Below are positions 24,013 to 36,414 of a stretch of DNA of 64,000 nucleotides, one piece after another. Both the position numbers and the translations under genes were made by a program. The notes below the pieces were generated by a model. That model was not told where the DNA came from and searched no databases. It worked only from the letters and a program-made list of their open reading frames with translations. Within the stretch, counting starts at the first letter, position 1; the number at the start of each line of letters is the position of its first letter. This DNA comes from Leucoraja erinacea (taxonomy: Eukaryota), in assembly GCF_028641065.1 (NCBI RefSeq), contig NC_073391.1, positions 45,880,001-45,944,000 of the forward strand, written 5' to 3'.

Positions 24013-25119
24013 AAAGAACATCAAAGAGGCGGATGACTGAACTTTGGGCCTTCCCTCACAGTGGGAAACGTTGATTCCACTGTGTATGGATGTTTTTGTT
24101 AAAGACTATCGTGTTCTGTGTTCATTTTTATTCGTATGGCTGTATGGTGACCCCAAATTTCACTTGACCAATTGGTGCATATGACGATAATGTGCAGTCG
24201 TCAATGTAGCGGAAGGAGAGTTCAGGGATAGGGCCACGGTACGCCTCGAACAAGTTTGACATACCCTACAAAGAAGCAGGCATAGCTGGGGCCCATGCGT
24301 GTGCGCATAGCCACACCTTGGTTTTGGAGGAACTGGGAGGAGTCACATACTGTTCACTGGGCATGGTTGGAGTTTGAGTGTGGATGGCGTTTGACTGTGG
24401 ATTCACTCAGTCATCCCCATTACTGGCACACCAGAGAATTCGCACCGGGGAGAGGCCACTCATCTGCTCTTAGTGTGAGAAGAGATTCTCACAACTTTCT
24501 CATTTCCCTCTCCCAGCTGAGGGTCGGGTTTCACTGGTAAATTTAACCTGATGACCCACCAGAGAATTCACATTAGGGAGAGGGCATTCATCTGTTTCGT
24601 GTGTGGGAGGGGTTTCACTTGATTATCTGAGGTAATGGCACATCAGCTCGTTCACGCTTGGAGAAGTTTTAATAAGATTTTGGTTCAGTGTTTAACATCT
24701 CTTGTCCACAAGCGACTGCATTTTTATGACTGAGGTTAATCCTGATGTTCATCACAACCAGGGCTAATTTGTGGTTTGTTCTTATGTTGTTAGTACTTCA
24801 TAAAACCGGGCTGGACTTTAATATCTTGGCTATGTGACAAATAAAATTCTGTTGTAAAACCTCTGTGACTCTCTGTGCATACAATATGCATACAATGTGC
24901 ATACAATGGCCTTTTGGCGCATCTGGTCACTGCCAGTCTTTCTCCTCTGTTGACTACTTTAGAATGTTCCTGTTAGTCATTTACCTGTTTATTCCGGGAG
25001 GATAAAACAGTTATTGGTTCATGAAGGAATTTCGACACATTTAAATGTAATGATGCTCACAACTAAACGACCACATCGGTTGCGAGAGGTCACTGTTCCC
25101 CACATACAAGGACAAAGTG

Positions 25120-25535
25120 GCTGTTGTTCGTTGGGCAACGCTGAGCCGGTGATTTCAGGTCATGTCCGTGGCGCCCTATTTACCCAGAAACCTCCGTGCC
25201 CCAGAAGTCACCCTATGTTGCAGGCGATACAAAAACGCGCAGGCGCGAAGAGCCCCGGAAGTGGTGCGGAAAAGTCGCGCATGCGGTCTGTGGCCAAAAG
25301 ACTCCGGAGGATCGGCGGCGGGTAGGAGCGGGGATCCGGGCGCGGGATCAGGCAACACCGAGGCCCGGCCTGAGGAGCGGCCCCCGGCTGCGGGGACACG
25401 GTGCCCCGTCACCTGGGGACGGTGCCGGCCATGGATAACACACCGGAGATTTACTTCCCGATCCGCAGAGCGCGTTTGGAAGCGTAATCATGGATTCCCT
25501 GCCCCCTAGATAGTCTGGTCAGTAGATACAGGGAC
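25120..25535 (+). promoter_or_regulatory. CpG promoter / exon 1 of gene G
   Basis: Cluster promoter repeat; donor GT at 25322. Confidence 0.75.
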
Positions 25536-25815
25536 ATTTTTTGTACATTTACACCAAGCCAAATAATCTACAAACCTATGTTTGTCTGAAGAAGGGTTTC
25601 GGCCCGAAACGTTGCCTATTTCCTTCGCTCCATAGATGCTGCTGCACCCGCTGAGTTTCTCCAGCTTTTTTGTGTAATCTACAAACCTGTACGTCTTTGA
25701 TGTGTGGGAAGAAACCCTTAGTCCGGGTCGAACCCGAGTCTCCGGCGCTGCAAGCGGTTGTAAGGCAGCAACTCTACCGCTGTAAGGCAGCTGCTCTACC
25801 GCTGCGTCACCGTGA
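25533..25815 (-). mobile_element. V-SINE remnant with nested Penelope end (about 25580-25676)
   Basis: SINE shared by paralogous introns; insert flanked by AATCTACAAACCT duplication. Confidence 0.7.
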
Positions 25816-26526
25816 TGTGATGTAATAAATATAAAACAAAGGAAGTGCAGATACACGGTTATTCCAACTCAGTAGGTCTGGGAGCAGAGTTGGGGTCCTT
25901 CTCCAAACTGGTTGTGGTGGAGAGACAGTGCCGGCCCGACCCCCTCATCCTCCTGTCAGTGAAGGCTCTGGCGGCAGCCGGCGCATGCGCATCGATTGCA
26001 CCATGATGGATAGACCTGTTTCTGGCTTGCGGGGGGTTGTGGGTAAAATGTCAGCCATTGGTAAAACGCCAGCGCTTTGCTGCTGACCGGTTGAGCGTGT
26101 TTGGAAATGCAAGCATGGGTCCCTGCCCATCGAGGAGTCTGATCAATGGATGCAAGAAACTACGGGTGCTGGTTAACAAAACTTTCACATAGTGTCATAG
26201 TAACGCTTCTGATCAGAAGAAGTATCACCTATCCACGTTCCCGAGAGATGCTGCCTGACCCACTGAATTGTTTCAGCAGTTGGCCAGTTTACTTTCAGCC
26301 TCGCTGACACAGTTTGATGTCACAACTCCCCAGAAGACTAAAATTACCATGTCTGAAACACTGACCTTTGCCTGTTAATTTAATGTAAACCTTTTTTTTC
26401 AGGATAGAATAAGCAGAGGATTTTGGTGCTTGGGAATCTCAAACTCCTTCAGTTAACCAGAATCTCAACGCGTGGGAGGGATTCACCGTGTCAGCTGAGT
26501 CGACGAGGCACCATAAATCCCGCAGC

Positions 26527-27528
26527 ATGGAGACATTATTCACTAGCTCTGAGAGTGAGCTGGGATTCATTCAATCTTCCCACCAGCAAGTTCAAGCTGT
26601 GGAGAAACCATTTCCCTGTCCCTATTGTGGGAAGGTGTTCACTCAAGCAAACAACCTGAAGAGACACCAACGGCAAGTTCACACTGAGGAGAAAGCAATT
26701 CCCTGTCCAGATTGTTGGAAGGTATTCTCTCAAGCCTGCAACCTGAAGAGACACCAACGGCAAGCTCACGATGAAGAGAAACTACTTCCCTGTCCCGATT
26801 GTGGGAAGGGATTCTCTCAGGCTGGCAACCTGAAGAGACACCAGAGAATTCATTCGGGTGAGAAGCCATTCTCCTGTTCTGTTTGTGGGAAGGGATTTGC
26901 GGTTTCATCTGGGCTACAGACACACCAGCGGATTCACACAGGTGAGAAGCCCTTCACCTGTTCTGTTTGTGGGAAGGGATTTACTGCTTCATCTGGACTA
27001 CAGACACACTATCAAATTCATACAGGGGAGAGGCCGTTCACGTGTTCTGAGTGTGGGCAGCGATTTATGCAGTCATCTCACCTAAAGACACACCAGCGGA
27101 TTCACACTGGAGAGAGGCCGTTCATTTGTTCTGAGTGTGGAAAGGGATTTATTGACGTATCTGGGATACAGAGACACCAGCAGATGCACAGCGGGGAGAG
27201 GCCGTTCATCTGCTCTGAGTGTGGGAAAGGATTTATAAATACATCTCACCTACACTCACACCAGCGGATTCACACTGGGGAGAAGCCGTACATTTGTTCT
27301 GTGTGTGGGAAGGGATTCATTTATTCATCTGAATTGTTGAGACACCAGCGAATTCACACAGGAGAGAGGCCATTCGCCTGCTCCGAGTGTGGGAAGAGAT
27401 TCATTCAGTCTTCCCAGCTGAGGATCCACCAGCGAGTTCACGCTGCGGGGAAACCATTTGCCTCTCCCAACTGTGGGCAGGTCAACACTGATGATCTGGT
27501 GACCAACCAGCAAATTCACACTGAGTAG
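26527..27528 (+). CDS. C2H2 ZNF gene G, 10 fingers, about 333 aa
   Basis: Intact ORF from ATG 26527; exon start at 26403. Confidence 0.88.
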   Translation: METLFTSSESELGFIQSSHQQVQAVEKPFPCPYCGKVFTQANNLKRHQRQVHTEEKAIPCPDCWKVFSQACNLKRHQRQAHDEEKLLPCPDCGKGFSQAGNLKRHQRIHSGEKPFSCSVCGKGFAVSSGLQTHQRIHTGEKPFTCSVCGKGFTASSGLQTHYQIHTGERPFTCSECGQRFMQSSHLKTHQRIHTGERPFICSECGKGFIDVSGIQRHQQMHSGERPFICSECGKGFINTSHLHSHQRIHTGEKPYICSVCGKGFIYSSELLRHQRIHTGERPFACSECGKRFIQSSQLRIHQRVHAAGKPFASPNCGQVNTDDLVTNQQIHTE

Positions 27529-27899
27529 AGGCCGTTCACCTGTTCTGTGTGTGGGAAGGGTTTCACACAACTTGCTCAGCTGAAGACCCAACAGCGAGTT
27601 CATTGCTGTGAAGCATTTACCTCTCCCAGCTGAGGGTCGGGTTTCACTGGTAAATCTAACCTGGTGACCCACCATAGAATTCACATTAGGGAGAGGGCGT
27701 TCACCTGTTTCACGTGTGGGAGGGGTTTCACTTGATTGTCTGGCGTAATGGCACATCAGCTTGTTCACACTCGGAGAAGGTTTAAATAAGATTTTGGTTC
27801 AGTGTTTAACATCTCTCGTAAGTCCACAAGCGACTGCACTTTTATGACTCTAGTTAATCCTGATGTTCATCACAACCAGGGCTACTTTGGGGTACCTTT

Positions 27900-28101
27900 A
27901 TTAATAATAATAATAATAATAATAATATATTTTATTGTCATTCCACAGAGGTACAACGAGATTTGGTACGCAGCATCCATCCAATGTAATAACTTAATTC
28001 GCTAAAAATGTAGACACCTAGAGAAACAAGCAGTATAAAGTACAAATAGGTCTGTACCGGGTCGATGAGCGACGTGACCATCCGAGGGAGGCGGTTCCTG
28101 G

Positions 28102-28147
<46 letters not shown>

Positions 28148-28345
28148 TCAGCAGGTCCGGTTCAGAGCAGCTATAGCTCTGGGGATGAAGCTGATCCTAA
28201 GTCTGGAGGTGCGGGCGTAGAAGGCCTTGTAACGTCTGCCGGTTGGTAGAAGTTCGAACAGACTATTGCAAGGGTGTGAGGAGTCTTTATGAATGCTGAT
28301 GGCCTTCCTGAGGCACCATGTATTGTAGATGCCCTCCAAGGCTGA
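27900..28345 (-). mobile_element. Rex/Babar LINE 3' end
   Basis: KDSSHPCNSLFELLPTGRRY..TSRLRISFIPRAIAALN; poly-C tract in 3' UTR; (TTA)n tail. Confidence 0.85.
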
Positions 28346-28349
28346 TAGC

Positions 28350-29233
28350 TGTGTCCCAATTATCTTCTGAGGGTGAGCTGGGATTCACTCAGTCCACCCA
28401 CCAGCAAGTTCACGCTGTGGAGAAACCATCTCCCTGTCCCGATTGTGGGAAGGGATTCACTCAAACAAACAACCTGAAGAGACACCAACGGCAAGCTCAC
28501 GCTGAAGAGAAACAATTTCCTCGTCCCGAATGTGGGAAGCGATTCTCTCAGTCCGGCAACCTGAAGACACATCAGAGAATTCACACGGGTGAGAAGCCAT
28601 TCACCTGTTCTGTTTGTGGGAAGGGATTTACTGTTCCATCTGGGCTACAGAATCACACCGGGGAGAGGCCATTCATCTGCTGTGACTGTGGGAAGGGATT
28701 TATGAAGTCATCTCACCTGCAGTCACACCAGTGGATTCACAATGGCGAGAGGCCGTTCACCTGTTCCGTGTGCAGGGAAAGTATTTATAGATACATCTCA
28801 GCTACAATTTCACCAGCGAACTCACACTGTGGGGAGGCCGTTCAATTGTTCTGTGTGTGGGAAGGGGTTCACTGGGTTGAACTGTCTGAAAAGACATGAG
28901 CGAGTTCACACCGGGGAGAGACCATTCACTTGTTTTGTGTGTGAGAGGCGATTTATGGATGCACCTCAGCTAAAATCACACCTGTGGACTCACACGGGAG
29001 AGAAGCCGTTCACTTGTTCTGTGTGTGACAAGGGGTTTGGTAATTTAGATGGGCTACAAATACACCAGCGACTACACACTGGGGAGAGGCCGTACACTTG
29101 CTCTGTGTGTGGGAAGGGATTCGCTCAGTCTTCCCACCTGAAGACCCACCAGCGAGTTCACAGTGCCTCTCCCAACTGTGGGCAGGTTTGCACTGATGAC
29201 CTGGTGGCCAAGCAGCAAGTTCACACTGAGTAG
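28350..29233 (+). pseudogene. ZNF pseudogene H
   Basis: Start, intron and promoter replaced by the Rex element; internal deletion and frameshift near 28775. Confidence 0.8.
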
Positions 29234-29814
29234 AGGCCGTCCACCTGTTCTCTGTGTGGGAAGGGATTCACTCAGTCTTCCAACCTCGTGACCCCCATGA
29301 GTGAGTTCACACTGGGGGGAGAGGGGGGGGGGGGGAGGTGTTTAACCATTGCAGTGGCCCTGTTTACCTAAGCTCTGTTCATTCACAGTTGCTGAATCTG
29401 GTTGCAAGTCTACAAGTGTCTGCTGGTGTTGGAGTCTGTGGTTTCTGCTGCTGCTCATCACATCTAGGACTGAGTCTTGGTCACTGGGCACAGTTGGGGG
29501 TACGAGTTTGTTTTATTGTTTTTGTCACGTGTACCGAGGTACAGTGAAAAGCTTTTGCATGGGGTGGAGCCTCGCGGGCGCTGACAGTTGTGGATGGGCC
29601 ACATGGAGCCAGAGGACGAGCGGCAGGGAATAAAAGGGGGGGGGGGGGGGGGGGGGGTGAAGACCAGAGGAGGACCCGGTGTGGTGGGACCGCTGTGAGG
29701 GGTGGGGGAGAGAATAAAGGCGGGCCCTTCGGTAGGCAAGCAAAGCGTTTAACTGTGACTTGTCACATGTGACAATAAAGTATTGATTCAAGGGAAAGAC
29801 AATGCGTGATGACA

Positions 29815-30052
29815 ATAGCTACTTTCCCACAGCCATCGGGCTATTAAACCTGGCTCGGACAAAACTGATTATTAATAACCCATTATCTGTTATTTGCACT
29901 TTATCAGTTTATTTATTCATGTGTGTATATATTTATATTATGGTATATGGACCCACTGATCTGTTTTGTAGTAAATGCCTACTATGTTCTGTGTGCTGAA
30001 GCAAAGCAAGAATTTCATTGTCCTATACAGGGACACACTTGAACTTGAACTT
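29815..30052 (+). mobile_element. Rex/Babar 3' end
   Basis: SYFPTAIGLLN remnant and (TTGAAC)n tail; empty paralogous site at about 41315. Confidence 0.75.
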
Positions 30053-30197
30053 GTCATTGCTGTATCTGAGTTGGATTTAATATTCTGGGTCTGTGATAAA
30101 TAAATGAGTTTGATTGTAAACCCAGTGTCTCAGGTCCTTGTCTCTGCAACACACTCGATGCAGGTGGAGAGGCCATTCAGCCCAGCTGTTCCCTGCC

Positions 30198-30400
30198 AGG
30201 TGGCGCATGCGCATCGATCGCACGGTGACGGATAGACTGCTTTCTGACTCGTGGGGGGCTGTGGGAAAAGAGGTGGCCATGTCCAACACACCTGCGATGT
30301 GCTGCAGATTCGCAGAGTTTGTTTGTGACCGCAAGCATGGATTTCCCGCCCCAAGAGAGTGTGATCAAAAGATACAAGCAATTACAGGAGCACGGTCATC
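30198..30400 (-). promoter_or_regulatory. Promoter-like module downstream of H, facing back into its 3' end
   Basis: GCGCATGCGC, SBS-like site and GGCCATG; homologous to the intronic module. Confidence 0.5.
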
Positions 30401-31259
30401 TAACTGGCACTCAATGGCATTGCCATCGTCCAGTTCATCACCATCAATCCCCTGGGGGTGGGTCACCATAAAGCAGAATATCCACTGGACTGGCCACGGA
30501 AATACACGTAGTGGGAATGTGGGACTTGCATGACAGGCGAGGCTACCCTTAATGACGGAGTAAAAACATGGACCAAATCACAGGTAGATGATTGGCAGAA
30601 ATGGCCCATGGTCGTGTAGGCTAAAAGAAAGTCAGCAAAAAGAAAGTTGACGTTGATTGCAGCCAGCCAGTTTGTTCCCCCAGCTTCCTGTCAGCCTCGC
30701 TGTCACAGTGTGAATCTTATTTATTTATTTATCTGTCTGTCTGTCCCTGGAACTACGCCAAATGGCACCATCTCACTCGCAATTGTCCTGTGGTGGTTTA
30801 TGTCAAGTTTCGTTCAGATTGATGATATATTTCACAAGTTATTGACATTTAGAACTGATACAAAACCCCACGTTGAGAACAATATGCGGTGGCGGTTGCT
30901 GGCAGATTGTATTTTGTTTTTATCTTCATTTTATTTTACTTATTTATTTTCCTTTCTTTTTTTCTTTAGTTTTGTTTTTTCCTTTTTCCTTTTCTTTTTG
31001 TCTTTTTATCTTGGTGTTTTTTTCTACATTTATAAGTTTTCTTTTAAAGACGTAACTATATTTACATAGAGACCGGGAGGTCTATTTTCGATGTGTATTT
31101 TGACACTGGTCTCATATTAGGTTATACCTATTATTAATGTAATCTTGATCCCTATGTATCAATATCATTGTTATGATGATCATTATTCTTTTTGCTCTGT
31201 TTTTTATGCTTTGTCTCTGTTTTTTGGGGGGGAAAAACAATAAAAAGATTTTAAAAAAA

Positions 31260-32148
31260 ATAAGATTGTGGCAGTTTGCTCCTTTGACGTCACAATGGGA
31301 TCTCATTTACATAAGCTGCTATGAACAGTGCTGCACTTGACAATGACGTCACAAGGGGATCTCATTTACATAAGCTGCCAATCAACAGTGTACCACCCAG
31401 TCCATTGAGAGTTTTTGCATTGTTGTAAGGAGAGGGAGGAGGGGAGGAGAAGAAATGTGATTTAAACATTGTTTAGTGGGGGGAGGATAGACTTTCCTCC
31501 TTCATTGATGTGATCTGCAGAAAAAGAAGAAAATGTCTAAAATTGATTCTCCACCCTCTCCCCCTTCTCTCTCACAGAAGCTCTCACCTGTTTTGGGCAG
31601 AAATTCTGGCAGTCTATGAGCTGCCAGCCCACCAGGCCTGAGTGACTGAGCTGCCAGCCCACCAGGCTTGAGTGACTGAGCTGTCAGCCCACCAGGCCTG
31701 AGTGTCTGAGCTGCCAGCCAAATAGGCCTGAGCCACCAGGCCCACATGTCCATATTAGCCCTCCAAATAAACCATTCCCCCACAATGTCCCATAACACCC
31801 CTCTGGAAGCGTCTATCAGAAAAACCCCCCAGCCTACAGAAAGCCCCCCCCCCACCAGCCACCAATATTGGAATTGGTGGAGTGGTGGAATATTGCGTTG
31901 GGGCCAGCCCTCCCGTGTGAACATGGGACCCAACGGGTCCCACTTAGTCTAGTATATTGCTAAAACTCTCATCTTGTTTGATCTATGCGTGTGAGTGAGT
32001 GTGCGTGTCTGTAAATGTGCTCCCGGAACTAAAGTCAGTTTGGGGGGGAGGTGAACCCTTACCCCCTGCCAGCCCCATGTGGGGACGATTGCAGCGTTGC
32101 CATCTCTCATGCATTGAGCGTGAGACTCACGCATTTTGGGAACAGAAT
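31260..32148 (+). mobile_element. Helitron-like element with internal 30-bp minisatellite (31615-31740)
   Basis: Hairpin 31924-31942, CTAG 31949-31952; GAGCTGCCAGCCCACCAGGCCTGAGTGACT about 4 copies. Confidence 0.55.
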
Positions 32149-32161
32149 ACTTATACAGCTG

Positions 32162-32378
32162 GTACACAAAAATGCTGGAGAAACTTAGCGGATGCAGCAG
32201 CATCCATGGAGCGAAGGAAATAGGCAACGTTTCGGGCCGAAACCTTGGGTCTGCAGAAGGGTTTCGGCCCAAAACGTTGCCTATTTCCTTTGCTCCATAG
32301 ATGCTGCTGCACCCGCTGAGTTTCTCCAGCATTTTTGTGTACCTTCGATTTTCCAGCATCTGCAGTTCCTTCTTAAAC
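32162..32378. mobile_element. Fold-back Penelope-end insertion
   Basis: Inverted arms; 13-bp direct repeat ACTTATACAGCTG at 32149-32161 and 32379-32391. Confidence 0.8.
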
Positions 32379-33017
32379 ACTTATACAGCTGAGTGAGTAT
32401 AATTTTATGGATGAGAAATTGTGTTCAACCAATTGATGACTTCTTTGACAAAGTAACTAGAATGTTAGATAACAAGGAAGCCAATGGATGTAGCAAATTT
32501 TGTTATACATAATTTGGTCTTGAAGTGCCCCATAAAAGATTACTGCATGAGATAAGCACCTGTGGTCTTGAACGTAATAGGTTAAGCCCAGGGGGTCAGA
32601 TGTGTGGGCCAGATATATTGTCAGTGCAGAGGGGCTAGGAGCAAGGCCAAGTGTGCATCCAGAGTTATGGTATGGAATAGTACTAGGTGTGCAGTCAAAG
32701 GTGGGACAATGGTAGTATTCAGCACTGGATAGCTAAGCAGGTAAGCAGCTATGATCAGGGGAGAATAGGGGGCCTGGTGTAAGGCTGGACTCCGGGTCAG
32801 GAATGAGAGAAGTCATGCAACTGGAGTCAGGGTCAGGAGTAGTACCAGGTGTGCAGTGAGACCCAGGTTGGTCAACATGGGCCAAGTGTTTTGATTATAA
32901 TCTGATTTCCATACATGTATACAATAAGATCATTCATGTGCTGCACCTGTTGACCAGAACCTGGGCTCTACTGTGGAATGTAATTAGGAATGTAATTGAG
33001 CCCAACCTTAATCATAG

Positions 33018-33335
33018 CTTCAAGTTCAAGTGAGTTTATTGTCATGTGTCCCCGTATAGGACAATGAAATTCTTGCTTTGCTGAAGCACACAGAACATAG
33101 TAGGCATTTACTACAAATCAGATAAGTGTGTCTGTATACCAGTAAAATAAATATATACACACATGAATGAATAAATGATAAAGTGCAAATAACAGAAAGT
33201 GGTTATTAGTAATCAGAGTTTAGTCCGAGCCAGGTTTAATAGCCTGATGGCTGTGGGGAAGTAGCTGTTCCTGAACCTGGCTGTTGCAGTCTTCAGGCTC
33301 CTGTACCTTCTACCTGAAGGTAGCAGGGAGATGAT
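33018..33335 (-). mobile_element. Rex/Babar 3' end
   Basis: LLPSGRRYRSLKT..FRNSYFPTAIRLLN on the minus strand. Confidence 0.8.
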
Positions 33336-33558
33336 AGCTAATCCAATTTAAAGTATAAAACTTGCATTCAAATGGAAGTTAAAAGACTCGCTACAGTATG
33401 CAGCAGATTGCACAATCTCAAGCTGAAAAATGTGAAAGCTTCGTACCATGGGAGGGGGAGGGGGAGGGGAGACACACACACACACACACACCTGCCCTGC
33501 TCCCGCTCGGTCGCTCCGCTCCTTCGGGTTTGGTCTCTCGCAATATCTCACTCCCAAC

Positions 33559-33594
33559 CAAAGATCTTATAGCTGCTCTGCTCTAAGATATTTG
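33559..33594. mobile_element. DNA-transposon footprint (two TIR stubs)
   Basis: CAAAGATCTTATAGC..GCTCTAAGATATTTG flanked by perfect 8-bp CTCCCAAC repeats. Confidence 0.75.
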
Positions 33595-33717
33595 CTCCCA
33601 ACTCTTACGCAGTGTTTACAGCGACATACTGGAGTGGAGTGGAGTGGAGTGGAGTGCTGCCGCTGCCGCCGCCGCTGGCATCGTCATGGGTATAAAATAC
33701 ATCGCCGATTTCATTGT

Positions 33718-34537
33718 GGAGGGGGGGAGGGGGGGGGGGAAGGGGGGGAGCGAGAGGGGGGGGGACGTGAGGGGGGGGAGAGAGGGGAGGGGGAGAGTGG
33801 GAGGGGGGAGGAGCGAGGGGGAGGGAGGGGGAGGGGGAGGGGGGGGGAGGGGAGGGGGAGGGGGGGAGGGGGAGGGGGAGGGGGAGGGGGGAGGGGGGAG
33901 GGGGAGGGGGGGGGGGAGCGAGGGGGGGGGGGGAACGAGGGGGATGCAACCGACAACGCGCGTGCGCGCCGGATCTCAATCACTGAATTCAGTTATTTTA
34001 AAATGGCGCGTGCGTAACTGAAAGCCGGTCCCCGGGGGGGGCGGAGCGGGGGGGGGGGGGGGGGGGGGGGGCGGGGGCTCCGGATAGTGAGAGAGAGAGA
34101 CAGCAAAAGAGAGAGAGAGAGGAGAGAGATAGGGAGAGAGAGAAAGACAGGGAGAGAGACCGACCCAGAGAGAGAGACCGACACAGGGAGAGATACAGAG
34201 AATGAGACAGACGGAGAGACACAGAGAGACAGACAGAGAGAGAGACATAGTGGGAAACAGACATACAGAGAGAGACGGAGAGAGGGAGAGAGAGAAACAG
34301 AGAGAGAGAGAGGGAGAGAGACAGAGAGAGAGAGAGAGGGAGAGAGACAGAGAGAGAGAGAGACAGGGAAGACAGGGATACAGAGAGACAGGGAGGCAGG
34401 GAGAGAGAGAGAGAAAGACAGGGAGAGAGAAAGACAGGGAGAGAGATAGAGAGACAGTGAAAGAGAGAAAGACATGGGGAGAGGGAGAGACAGGGACAGA
34501 GAGGGAGAAAGACAGAGAGAGACAAGGGGAGAGAGAG
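33718..34537. repeat. G-rich tracts and (AG)n/(AGAC)n low-complexity repeat
   Basis: Direct inspection. Confidence 0.9.
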
Positions 34538-34601
34538 CAATATAACAATGTTTTTTTTTATCATGCCAATAAAGTTTTTTAATTGAAAATTGAATTGACA
34601 G

Positions 34602-34746
34602 NNNNNNNNNNNNNNNNNNNNNNNNNNNNNNNNNNNNNNNNNNNNNNNNNNNNNNNNNNNNNNNNNNNNNNNNNNNNNNNNNNNNNNNNNNNNNNNNNNN
34701 NNNNNNNNNNNNNNNNNNNNNNNNNNNNNNNNNNNNNNNNNNNNNN
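34602..34746. other. Assembly gap
   Basis: Run of N. Confidence 0.99.
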
Positions 34747-34968
34747 CAGACAGAGAGAGATGGGTCCCTTCCTCCCTGACTAAAATCACCTCGTCCGAAA
34801 CACTGATCTTGGCCAGTTAATTTAGTGTAAACCTTTTCTTACAGGATAGAACAAGCACAGGATATTGATGCTCGGGAATCTCAAACTCCTTCCGTTAACC
34901 AGCAGCTGAATGCGTGGGAGGGATTCACTGTGTCAACTGAGCCGACGAGGCACCATAAATACCGCAGC

Positions 34969-35970
34969 ATGGAGACATTATTCACTAGCTCTGAGAGTGA
35001 GCTGGGATTCACTCAATCTTCCTACCAGCAAGATCACGCTGAGGAGAAATCATTTCCCTGTCCCGATTGTGGGAAGGTATTCACCCAAGCAAACAACCTG
35101 AAGAGACACCAAAAGCAAGTTCACACTGAGGAGAATCCAATTTCCTGTCCAGATTGTGGGAAGGGATTCTCTCAGGCCTGCAGCCTGAAGAGACACCAAC
35201 GGCAGGTTCACGCTGAAGAGAAACTATTTCCCTGTCCCGATTGTGGGAAGCGATTCTCTCAGGCTGGCAACCTGAAGACACACCAGAGAATTCACACGGG
35301 TGAGAAGCCATTCACCTGTTCCGTTTGTGGGAAGGGATTTACTACTTCATCTGCACTACAGACACACCAGCGGATTCACACAGGTGAGAAGCCCTACACC
35401 TGTTCTGTTTGTGGGAAGGGATTTATTGCTTCATCTGGGCTACAGAAACACTTTCAAATTCACACCGGGGAGAGACTGTTCCACTGCTCGGAGTGTGACA
35501 GGGGATTTATGCAGTCATCTCACCTAAAGATACACCAGCGGAGTCACAGTGGAGAGAGGCCGTTCATTTGTTCTGAGTGTGGAAAGGGATTTATTGACTT
35601 ATCTGGGATACAGAGACACCAGCAGATACACAGCGGGGAGAGGCCATTCATCTGCTCTGAGTGTGGGAAGGGATTTATATATCCGTCTCACCTACAGTCA
35701 CACCAGCGGACTCACACTGGGGAGAAGCCGTACATTTGTTCTGTGTGTGGCAAGGGTTTCATTTATTCATCTGAATTGTTGAGACACCAGCGAATTCACA
35801 CCGGGGAGAGGCCGTTCGCCTGCTCCAAGTGTGGGAAGAGATTCATTCAGTCTTCCCAGCTGAAGACGCACCAGCGAGTTCACGCTCCGAGGAAACTATT
35901 TGCCTCTCCCAACTGTGGGCAGGTCAACACTGATGATCTGGTGACCAACCAGAAAATCCACACTGAGTAG
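34969..35970 (+). CDS. C2H2 ZNF gene I, 10 fingers, close paralog of G
   Basis: Intact ORF from ATG 34969; same length and finger order as G; promoter not visible (gap). Confidence 0.85.
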   Translation: METLFTSSESELGFTQSSYQQDHAEEKSFPCPDCGKVFTQANNLKRHQKQVHTEENPISCPDCGKGFSQACSLKRHQRQVHAEEKLFPCPDCGKRFSQAGNLKTHQRIHTGEKPFTCSVCGKGFTTSSALQTHQRIHTGEKPYTCSVCGKGFIASSGLQKHFQIHTGERLFHCSECDRGFMQSSHLKIHQRSHSGERPFICSECGKGFIDLSGIQRHQQIHSGERPFICSECGKGFIYPSHLQSHQRTHTGEKPYICSVCGKGFIYSSELLRHQRIHTGERPFACSKCGKRFIQSSQLKTHQRVHAPRKLFASPNCGQVNTDDLVTNQKIHTE

Positions 35971-36414
35971 AGGCCGTTCGCCTGTTCTGTGTGTGGGAAG
36001 GGTTTCCCCCAGTCTTCCAATCCAGTGACCCATGAGTGAGTTCACATTGGGGGATTAACCATCGCAGTTGCTGAATCCATTTGCTGTTGAACTAAGCTCT
36101 GTTCACAGTTGCTGAATCTGGTTGCAAGTCCACAAGTGTCTGCTGGTGTTGAAGTCTGCGGTATCTGCTGCTACTAATCACATCTAGGATTGAATACTGT
36201 TCACTGGACATGGTTGGGGTTTTTTTTGGGTGGAGATTGACGGAGAATTCACTCCGTCACCTGCGTTACTGGCACACCAGAGAATTTGCACCGGGGAGAG
36301 GTCGCTTGTTCAGCTGAAGAACCAACTGCGAGTTCACCCTGTGGGGAAAACATTTGCCTCTCCCAGCTGGGTTTCACTGGTAAATCTAACCTGGTGACCC
36401 ACCAGAGAATTCAC

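Noticed and set aside
31615-31740. CRISPR-like repeat array
   Set aside because: Contiguous 30-bp minisatellite without unique spacers, in vertebrate DNA
33448-34789. Gly/Pro/Ser-Leu/Arg-Glu rich ORFs
   Set aside because: Translations of G-runs, (AG)n and an N gap
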